DNA of 64,000 nt from an uncultured Acidobacteriota bacterium (GTDB taxonomy: Bacteria > Acidobacteriota > Vicinamibacteria > Vicinamibacterales > 2-12-FULL-66-21). Shown here one piece after another: positions 8,315 to 17,332 of the stretch. The stretch covers positions 157,545 to 221,544 of the forward strand of contig CAWDPQ010000017.1 of assembly GCA_963804245.1 (NCBI GenBank), read 5' to 3'. The notes beneath the pieces are model-generated. The model was not told the DNA's origin. It saw only the letters and a list, made by a program, of their open reading frames with translations, and searched no databases. How positions within the stretch are numbered: position 1 is the stretch's first letter; every line of letters begins with the position of its first letter. The position numbers were made by a program, and so were the translations under genes.

Positions 8315-10298
8315 TCACCTTGTCCACCCGAACGACAGGACTGTGCGTCCGTCGCGAAGGCCATGCGCGACATCTGCACGCAGCACTCCGGCTCCGGGCA
8401 GCGCCACACGAATTCCGGCGCCTGCGTCCACGTGAGCGCGTCGATCGCCGAACGTCGGCACCGCGAACGCGCGTGCGGTGTCGACGAACACCGCCGGCGC
8501 CAGGCGCAGCGTTCGCAGGACGGGACGAGCCCAGTACCGACCACTCGACCCCGGCATGGACAAGTCGGCGGCCGAACACGCCGCGGACCACGCCGTCGTG
8601 AAGGAGCGGGTGGGCACGCAAAAGCACCTCACGCCCCTGCCCGGTGCCCGCGCCCGGCAGCAGCGCCAATGGCGTCTCCGAAGTGGTGGTCGTCAGACCA
8701 CCACGCGTGGACCATACCGATCCCACTCGCGAGTGTGACGAGCGCCAGTCTGACGTGACGCCGAAAGTAGACGCGCGAAGACCCCCAACAAGAATCGACC
8801 CGTCGACCATCGCCCGGCCGAGACCGCCCGCGAAGGTGCGTTCGACGCCGGCGACGAGCGACGCCGTCGTGTCCTGGTCCCACCGGTCAACGGCTGCGCC
8901 CGCCTTGATCCGGGTGACGCCGCTGGTCCAGTCGGACGCGGTGAGCATCACGCCGCGTCGGCGCTCCTTGATCTCGGATCCCGCCGCGCCGTAAGTCTGG
9001 TTCTCCACTAACGCTTCCAGCGACCAGATGCCGCCGAACGGCGACGGAGCCTCGACGCCGAGCGCCAGCCGCGGACGTCTTTCCCACCATCGCCACGCCG
9101 CCGTCCACAGCTCGCCGCCCCCGGTTGGACTCGCCATGGCGACGCTCAACTCGCGATCCGTCGCGGCGCGAATGCCGGCAGCAGACAGCGATACGAGATC
9201 CGAAGGAAACAACGGTCGCTCGAGCACGGACGCCATCACCTTGGCGCGGTCGTCCTCGCGAGGTTCGTAGGTGACCCGCGACCCGAGGAGCGAGGGCAAC
9301 GCTTCCAGCCGCCGCCGCGCACGCGCCAGTGCGAAACCGGTCAGCAGCGTGTCCGGTTGGAGGTGGAGCGCCCTGGCAGCCACGGCGTACCGTGTCCGTT
9401 CGAGACCGCGGATATCCGCGAGATCGACAACCGGAACGCCAATCCGGTTCCACGCATTCAACGCTTCGATGTCGCGCCCGAGAAGGAAGAGGGCTGAAGC
9501 CAGGATTCGAGCTGAATGTCTATCGGTGGGATCCCGCTCGAGGGCCCGACCCGCATCTCGCGCCGCCTCGCTCCAGTCGGAGCGCAGCGCCTTCACCCCG
9601 GCCAGCTCCCGCCACGGCGCTGGATCCCGCGGACACTCGGTAGTGGCGATTTCGAGGATGCGCTGGGCGCCGGCGAGATCCGAGACCGCCGTGCGGATGC
9701 CCTCCTCCACCAGCCCGGTGCAGACCGGATTTCCGCGACGGGCATCCGCATCGGCCGACGGTGCGTTCGTTGACGAATCCGCCACGGCACCGGATGTCAC
9801 TGCGGTTCTCGGTTCGGCGACGAGCGTCCAGAACCGCGACGCCGACCACGCCCGTGTGAAGGCCTCCGCCTCCAGGACGCGAAAGGGCGAGCGAGCCGGA
9901 TCGTGCACGATGACCCGATTCCCTCGCCAACCGACGATCACGACGTAGTGAAAGCGGCCCGGCCGATCCTCGATGAGCGCGATCACCGGCCGGCGTTTCG
10001 CCAGCAGGTCCTGCACGCGCGACGCGTCTCCTTCGATCGCGACCGCTGCATACCCGCGCCCTTCGAGCGCTCGGATCAGCTCGCGGCCGCGAATGCCCTT
10101 GGCATCGGCATCAACGAGATCGGCAAACGTCTCCGCGTAGACGGCACTCGTCCCCCAATACCGCATCACCATGGCGATTGCCGCGCCGCCACACAGCGCT
10201 TCGCTCTGCGGGAGGAACGGGACGTCGAGAAGAGGTCCGGGTGAAGAGTCGGATTGGGCCCGAGCCGGGGAAGGGGCGGCCGCCGCGGCCAATGCCAC
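8315..10298 (-). CDS. C39-like cysteine peptidase-TPR-POTRA-outer-membrane beta-barrel protein, one frameshift near 8540
   Basis: QSEALCGGAAIAM / HYVVIVGW / HDPA triad; TPR-like helices; POTRA-like IRGLERTR...RRLEALP...VLERP; barrel end VDAGAGIRV...LRADVAHGL...SFGWTR in ORF 8315..8632. Confidence 0.75.
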
Positions 10299-10350
10299 CG
10301 CGGCCGTCAGGACAACGCGAAGAAAGCGGGCGATGTGGTCGACGTCAGCC

Positions 10351-10740
10351 TCAATCCGCGATCACAACGATGAGGATGACGATCAGCAGCACGATGATAA
10401 TCGTCGTCGTTGAGATGACGATCGTTGATGCCCCACCGGCGAGATCGTTCTCGGCCTGCCTCGCCTGGGACGCCAGGTCACGCAGGTCGTCGCCCTGAAG
10501 GGTCGATACCGCGGCAGCCGCCTTCTCGACCGACAGTCCGGCCCGCGCTGCAATTGTGCGAACTTCGGTACGGTGCAGAAGTGTGAGAATCGCGTCACGG
10601 TCCGCCTGATCCCGGCTGACCCGCTCCGCCACCGCCTTCGCCAGATCTGTTTTTCCGATGACGTGCGTCTGCGCCTGAGCGGCAGGCGCGACGAGCAGCA
10701 GTGCAAGGGTTACCGCTAGCAAACGCCGAACGATTCTCAT
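10351..10740 (-). CDS. Secreted PA2779-like protein with a double-Gly motif and hydrophobic C-terminal peptide
   Basis: Signal peptide (AQA), helical middle, DLAGG followed by ASTIVISTTTIIIVLLIVILIVVIAD; adjacent to the C39 gene. Confidence 0.7.
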   Translation of the reverse strand: MRIVRRLLAVTLALLLVAPAAQAQTHVIGKTDLAKAVAERVSRDQADRDAILTLLHRTEVRTIAARAGLSVEKAAAAVSTLQGDDLRDLASQARQAENDLAGGASTIVISTTTIIIVLLIVILIVVIAD

Positions 10741-10848
10741 CTGAAGCCTCCTCGAACAGTCCGAGTCAGGGACACCAGATTGGTACGGCCAAGCATCTTC
10801 CGTACCCGTACCTGAAGCTGAACCGCCGGATCCGGAACGACCAGGAGT

Positions 10849-13282
10849 TTACTCGTCGCGCAGGACGACCATGGGGTCGACGCGAGTCGCGCGGCTGGCG
10901 GGGACGTAACACGCGAGTCCCGCAACCACGGCGATAAAGGCCATCACCGCAGCGATGGTACCGGGATCTGTGGGCCTGACGTTGAAAAGCTGCGCTTGGA
11001 GAAAGCGCGTCAGCACCAGCGACGCGGCGAGCCCGATCACGAGTCCGGCCACCGTCAGCCGCGCACCCTGGCCGAGCACCATTCCCAGCACGGTCTGACG
11101 CGTTGCGCCGAGTGCCATGTGGATGCCGATCTCCTTGCGGCGTTCGCTGACGGTGTATGACAGGATTCCGTACGTGCCGATTGCGGCCAGCAGCAGTGCC
11201 AGGCCGGCAAACAGCCCGAGCAGCTGCGCGAGGAATCGCGGTCGCGCGACCGACTCGGAGAACACGTCTTCCATCGTGCGCAGCCGCACGATGGGCAGCG
11301 TCGGATCCATCGTTCCGACAATCTGCCTGGATGTTCGTTGCCAGCGATTCGACGGGCAGCGCCGATCTGATGACGATGTTCATGTTCGAGGGCGCGAAGT
11401 TGGTGAGCCGCCCTTGTTCGGCCATGAAGTACAACTCGGTCCCGGTCTTGCTGCCCACTCCACCCTGTTTCACGTCACGGACGACGCCGACGATCGTCAA
11501 CCAGGGATTCTTGGGGTTGAACCCGACGCGCAATCGCTTGCCGATCGGACTGCGGTCTTTGTAGAACGTCTTTGCCAGCGTCTCGTTCACCATCACGACC
11601 GGCGTGCCCGTAGTATCGGACAGCATGAAGTCCCGTCCTTCGATGACTGGAATTCCCATCGTCGTCAGGTATTCCTGCGTGACCGTCTGATAGTAGTCGA
11701 CGTTCTCGAACGGAGGTTGCCCTTGCGTCGTGTAGTCCTCGAAGTCCGTATCGTTCGCGTTCACGAGCCGCATCGGCGGAAGGCCTGTCATTCCAGCGGC
11801 ACCCTGCACGCCAGGAATCTGACGAAGCTGATCGATCAGCCGCCTGGAGAAGTCGACGCGTGACTGCGGTGCCTGGTACGAGGCTTGAGGCAGGACGACG
11901 CCAAACGTGACGAGCCGGCTTCGGTTGAAGCCGGCATCGACCTTCATCAGATTCCAGAAGCTGCGCAGGAGCAGGCCGGCGCCGACCACGAGCACCACCG
12001 CCAGGGCGACTTCACCCATGACGAGGCCGCTCCGCAGCCGCGCGCGGGCGGCATTGGCCGTCGAGCGCTGCCCCGACTCCTTGAGGGAGGCAGTGACGGT
12101 GCGCTCGCGCAGATGCAGCAGAGGGGCCATCCCGAACAACGCCCCGGTGACGAGCGAAATGACGACCGTGAACAGCAGCACGACGGGATCGAGAACGATG
12201 TTCGTGGCGCGGGGAAGACTCTCGGGGTTGGCGGCGAGCATCGCCCTCAGGCCGGCAAAGCCCAGAGCCACGCCGAGAACCCCGCCGATGAGGGCGAGGA
12301 GTATGCCCTCGGTCAAGAATTGCCGGAGGAGTCTGAAGCGTCCGGCGCCAAGGGCCGCGCGAATCGCGAACTCCTTCTGTCGCGACTCGGCGCGCGCCAG
12401 CAGCAGGTTGGCCAGGTTCGCGCAGGCAATCAGGAGCACGAAACCCACTGCCCCTTGCAGCACCCAGAGCGCGGTCGCGATGCCGCCGACGAGATCCTCC
12501 TGAAGGCCGTCGAGGCGCAGACGATGATTTTTCGGGTCGGGTGTGTGGACTTTCGCATTGAGCTCGTTCCACTGAACGAGCATGCGCTCCACGTCTGCTC
12601 CGGCCTGAACCATGCTCACGTCGTCCCGCAGGCGACCAACGAGGTAGAGGAAATGGCCGCCGCGGTTTCCGGGATTCGCGGGATCCAACGTCAGCGGCAG
12701 CCACACTTGCACTTTCGCGTCGTGGATGTCGTAGCCGGCGGGCATGATGCCCACGATGCGCGTCGGAGCGCCGTCGATGCGGACAACGCGGCCCATCACT
12801 GATTCGTCCGAGGCAAATGCCGTTTGCCAGATCTCCTGGGACAGGATGGCGACGTCCTCTGCTCCGGGCAGCGTGTCTTCTCTCGTGAATTGACGCCCGC
12901 GGATGGGAGCCACGCCGAGGACCGGCATGAGCTCTGAGGTCACGATGGCGGAGTTCACGCGGCGCGGCTGGTCCGTGGTGCCGAGGTTCACCGCACCGGC
13001 GCGATACGCGCCGACTTCAGCGAACGACTTGTTGCGCTCGCGGAACTCCACGAACTCCGGTGCGGAAACCCAGAACTGGTCGAACCCGAGCGTGGGAAAC
13101 TGCGAGGTGATGAACACGAGCCGATCGGGCTGCTGGTACGGGAGCGGCTTCAACAGCACGCCGTTCACGACGCTGAAGATGGCGCTGTTCACGCCGATGC
13201 CGAGCGCCAGCGTCAGCACGGTGACGACAGCATAGCCGGGGCTCTTGCGCAGGTTGCGAAGGGCGTAACGTAAGTCGTGCAT
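10849..13282 (-). CDS. ADOP-type duplicated MacB/FtsX ABC permease, one frameshift near 11320
   Basis: MHDLRYALRNLRKSPG...LALGIG; LLIACANLANLLLAR...EFAIRAALGA; C-terminus RRKEIGIHMALGA...PASRATRVDPMVVLRDE. Confidence 0.92.
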
Positions 13283-13286
13283 CAGA

Positions 13287-13347
13287 GTCAGTCGTCAGTC
13301 GTTGTCGTTAGTCGTTAGTCGCTGTAGGCCCGCCCTTGAGGGCGGGC
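13287..13347. repeat. Heptamer run (GTCGTYA-like) followed by a GTAG-type REP hairpin
   Basis: gtcgtca gtcgttg tcgtta gtcgtta gtcgctg, then GTAG-GCCCGCCC-TTGA-GGGCGGGC. Confidence 0.7.
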
Positions 13348-13416
13348 GGGTCGATTCGGAGGCTATCCTAATGCAGCTCACGCTTGGACGGTCGAAGGCC
13401 CTTCAAAGGTTGGGAC

Positions 13417-14112
13417 TCACAAACGGCGCACGCGAGGTTCCGGTGAGCCTTCCCATCGATATTCATAGTGTCCGCCGGCCCTCACGTTTCGGACGAGGCT
13501 CGGGCGGAAACAGGCCAGACACTCCCCCGAGGCGTGACGCACGCTGCGGTAGACGATGCCGTTCGATCCCGAGTCGAGGAGCTGCCGACCCAGTTCCTGC
13601 GATGAGCGGTAGTCGGCCGGATCGTAAAGAGCATTCCAGAACGCGGCGCGTCGGCCGGCTGGGGACGGGCCGCGAACGTCGTGAAAGCGGGCGCTGAAGT
13701 CGGCGAGGTAAACGCGCATCTGCACCCGCGTCTCGAAGCCGCCGACCTCACGAAGCTCCTGAGTCCGACGATAGGTCGACTCAGCCAAAGCCGTTTCAAT
13801 CGTTCGTGCGGCGTACCAGGCACCTCGGTCTTCGCCTGTGAATCGCCCACCGCCTGGGGACGGGTGGCAGTACGCCGCCATGATGACGGAGTCCATCGGT
13901 CGTCCGACCACCCACTCGTCGCGCGGTACGGCGCTCAGGATGCCCAGCTCACCGGTGATGCGATCGTTGGTCCACCCCTCGAGCTCGATGATCGCGTCGA
14001 CGTCGGCAGAACTGGCCACGCGATCGAAGAGACCGGCGGTCGGGTAGCGGCTGGCGATCAAGCGCGGCGCCGCGCGCCAGCGGATGAAGGCTTGGGGAAC
14101 CGCGACGTCCAT
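13417..14112 (-). CDS. RES-domain toxin
   Basis: RLIASRYP...ALAESTY...GIVYRSVRH (R-E-S residues); downstream of an Xre-like gene. Confidence 0.88.
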   Translation of the reverse strand: MDVAVPQAFIRWRAAPRLIASRYPTAGLFDRVASSADVDAIIELEGWTNDRITGELGILSAVPRDEWVVGRPMDSVIMAAYCHPSPGGGRFTGEDRGAWYAARTIETALAESTYRRTQELREVGGFETRVQMRVYLADFSARFHDVRGPSPAGRRAAFWNALYDPADYRSSQELGRQLLDSGSNGIVYRSVRHASGECLACFRPSLVRNVRAGGHYEYRWEGSPEPRVRRL

Positions 14113-14127
14113 GCCGGATCGACGTGC

Positions 14128-14550
14128 TCAGCCGCGGCGCGCGTCCAACAGGCGCCGCACACGGTACAGCCCGTCGATGCCGCCGTCGATCATGAGATCG
14201 AGCGCCCGTCGACCGCCGAAGAGTGGATGGCTGTTCGGCATGCGCACCCAGGCGTCCGCGAATGCCGGCTCGGGATAGAGAACGTGCAGGTTCTTGTAGA
14301 TGCCGAGGATCAGCGAGAGGCGCGTCAGCGTGTCGAACGCGAGCGCGCCGTGGTCGCCGGCCTTGTATTTGTGGTACGTGGATGCCGCGGGCCAGCCAAG
14401 CAAGCCGCGCTGCTCCGCCACGGACAGCCCCCAGGCGGCGGCGATGTTGAAGAACGCGCGCAGCGCCGGTCCCGACAGTCGCTTGCGCGTCTGCGGATCC
14501 GGCTTGACCGTGGGCACGGCCACGGATGCGCTGCGGGCCCGTGTCTCCAT
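14128..14550 (-). CDS. Xre/MbcA/ParS-type antitoxin
   Basis: ALRAFFNIAAAWGLS...LLG HTH; WVRMPNSHPLFGGRRALDLM...VRRLLDA C-terminal toxin-binding domain. Confidence 0.9.
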   Translation of the reverse strand: METRARSASVAVPTVKPDPQTRKRLSGPALRAFFNIAAAWGLSVAEQRGLLGWPAASTYHKYKAGDHGALAFDTLTRLSLILGIYKNLHVLYPEPAFADAWVRMPNSHPLFGGRRALDLMIDGGIDGLYRVRRLLDARRG

Positions 14551-14585
14551 ATGTGGAGATTATATATCAGATGTGGAGTATGGAC

Positions 14586-14663
14586 TCCCGAGCCCCGGCC
14601 CGAGCACCCCCGAGCTCTCGCTCGGAGCCTGCCGAGCCCCCGAGCCTCCGAGCCGAGCACGAG
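14586..14663. repeat. Degenerate CCGAGC repeat tract
   Basis: Multiple ccgagc/cgagc units in the divergent intergenic region. Confidence 0.6.
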
Positions 14664-14693
14664 TGGCACATCTCTGGCTAAGATAAAGAGGTG

Positions 14694-15011
14694 ATGCGGC
14701 TCCCTAAGCTCATCCTGCTCCTGACCCTGGCGGCGCTGCTTTGGCCCTCACGCGCCGAATCGCCGGTGCAGGCCCTGGTCAACAGCACGCCAGCTGACAT
14801 CAGGATCGAACATCAACTCATCCAGGTCGCGGAGTCGCCGACGCCGCGGCGACGCCCCCCGACCGTGGCAGTAAGTCGAGTCGCGTCCGTGAGAAAGCCC
14901 GCCCAGCGTTCGCGGCAGGAGACGCAGGAGACGCTCGTCGTGAGAGCCGGTCGGCTCCTGATGGGTGACGGCCGGTATCGACCCGAGCCATTCCCGCGCC
15001 CGGGCCAGTAA
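14694..15011 (+). CDS. Small exported hypothetical protein
   Basis: GAGG RBS, signal peptide, co-oriented with the following phosphatase gene. Confidence 0.6.
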   Translation: MRLPKLILLLTLAALLWPSRAESPVQALVNSTPADIRIEHQLIQVAESPTPRRRPPTVAVSRVASVRKPAQRSRQETQETLVVRAGRLLMGDGRYRPEPFPRPGQ

Positions 15012-15023
15012 GATAGGCGCCGG

Positions 15024-16989
15024 ATGTCACTGCGCACCCGGCTGATTATTGCGTTCCTCCTTCTCTCGGTCGTGCCGCTGACGGCGGTCACGCTCTTTTC
15101 CTACATTTCCTCTGTGAACGCGGTGGAAAACGCTGCACAGCGTGCAGCGAGTGACGACGCGGCAGATATCAGCCGGCGGATGGACGTCATCACCGCCGAT
15201 GTCGGCCGGCGCATGGATTCGATTTTCGATGCCGGCGAAAACCAGCTGCACGGCGTGCCCACCGCCGGCGACATGCACGATCGCGTCGCTCCGGCGCTCG
15301 GCGATGCGGCGGCGCTCGTCGAACGATTCGAGTTTCAGCCGATGGAGGATCCCGATCCGGACGTCGATCCCGATGTTCCCGGACCAGAAGCCGCGGAGCC
15401 AAAAGCGCCGACGGTCCCCAAACCGCCGGCGCCACCCAAGCCACCGACTCCCCCGGCGATCGTCGTAGACGTGCCGCGCATCATGGAACAAGCGCAGCGG
15501 GCGGCCAAGGCGCAATCCGCCGCCTCGCCGGAGGCTGCACCACTCATCGACTACGGATTCAAGGTAGGTCGCTCGGCCGCCGAAGCGGGCATGAAAGCCG
15601 CGGCGGAGGCGCTGGGAGCGTCGAGAATCGACGCCGCCGCCGCGCACGAAATGCAGATGCAGGTGGAAGGACGTCGCGTCGAAATCGCCGTGAAGAAGCA
15701 TGGCAAACTGCTCGGCAAGGCGAACGCCACGCTGAACCTCGACCGAACGCTCGGCACGGTCCTGCAGCTTGCCCGTCGCGACCAGGGCGAGATCCCTTTC
15801 GCGATCGATCGCCGCGGCGGGCTCTACACGCCCGAGGCGTCGCAAAAGCCGCTGCTCCAGTCGATTGCGATCGATCGTCAGGCGAAGCTCGCCGCGAGCG
15901 GCCGTCCGCGGCGCGTCGGTGAATGGCTCATCGTGGCGCGCGAAGCGGGCAGCGGACTGACCTTTGGGATCGCGCGGCCGATGGGCGCCCCGCTGCGTGA
16001 GATTCGCCGCGCATCCGTGCGCACCCTCTCGCTCGGCCTCCTCGTCATCGGTCTCGCCCTTGTCGGCATCGTCCCGGTCTCGCATCGGATGACGCGACAT
16101 CTCACATCGCTCACCCATGGTGTGAAACAGCTGGCCGGCGGCGATTTTCGCGCGCGCGTTCAGGTGCAACTCGACCGATGAATTCGGCACGCTGGCCGCG
16201 GCGTTCAACCAGATGGCCGAGGACCTCGAACGGAACCAGGCTCTGGTCGTCGAAAAGGAACGCTTGCATCGCGAAATGGAACTGTCGCGGCAGATTCAGA
16301 CGGAGATGCTGCCGAGAACGGGCCTGCGCCTGGGTGCGGCGGAGATCAATGGCATCTCCATTCCGGCGCGCGAAGTCGGCGGCGACTTCTTCAACTATTT
16401 CGTGCTGCCGGACGGACGTCTGGCGCTGCTCGTCGGCGATGTGTCGGGCAAGGGCGTCAGCGCCGCGTTGCTGATGGCCAACGTCCAGGCCACGCTGCGG
16501 GCACGGCTCCCGCTCGAGACCAACCTCGCCTCGCTCGCGGCCGGACTCGATCGCGAAATCGATAAGACCACGCCGCGCGGCGTATTCTTCACGCTGTTCA
16601 TCGGCATTCTCGAATCGGACGGGCGCACGCTACGTTACGTCAACGCCGGCCACAACCCACAGTTCGTGGTACGGGCCAATGGCGGCTGCATCGCGCTGTC
16701 GTCGACGGGACTGCCGATCGCGCTCTTCCCGGATCATGGCTATACCGAAGCGGCGGTCGACATCCTTCCCGGGGACCTGCTGTTCTTCTACACCGATGGT
16801 CTGGTCGAGGCCGAGAACGACGCGGGCGACATGTTTGGCGCCGAACGTCTGCAGGCGATTCTGGCGGCGGATCGGTCGTCCGGAATCGAGTTCGTGCTGC
16901 AGCATGTCGAGCAGACCGTCCGCGATTTTCGCGGTCAGCACGAACCGATGGACGATGCGACGATGATGGCGCTGCGGCTCGAGAGCTGA
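15024..16989 (+). CDS. Membrane sensor-HAMP-SpoIIE/PP2C phosphatase, one frameshift near 16168
   Basis: Two TMs; HAMP (LTHGVKQLAGGDF...DEFGTLAAAFNQMA); VGGDFF...GDVSGKG...NAGH...YTDG...DDAT. Confidence 0.88.
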
Positions 16990-17272
16990 CGCTGAAATTT
17001 CCGGGAAACGCTCAACCTCCGCTCCTCACGTGCAGGTCCGATCGCCGGACCGCCATGAATTTCCTTCAACCTCGCGTGTAGTTTCTGCCGCCGCGTCTGA
17101 ACTGCACAATCTGACGCACTGCGCAAAACGCTCTGATTCCACACGAATCCGCGCTCAGCGTGATCTCGATCTTGTAACCGCGCTCCCGATGCTGTGCGCG
17201 CGTCGACGCGCGCACCGCCACGTCGTGCGGAAATTTCAGTGAATTTCCGCGATTTGCTTTACCCAACAAAAA

Positions 17273-17288
17273 CGGCAACAGCCATGCA
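17273..17288 (+). promoter_or_regulatory. Candidate sigma-54 promoter
   Basis: CGGCAACAGCCATGCA: GG-N10-GC spacing, 45 nt before the BACON gene start. Confidence 0.45.
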
Positions 17289-17332
17289 AGGGCGCGACGC
17301 ATCCCCAGCGACATCGGCAAGTGTGCCTAACT

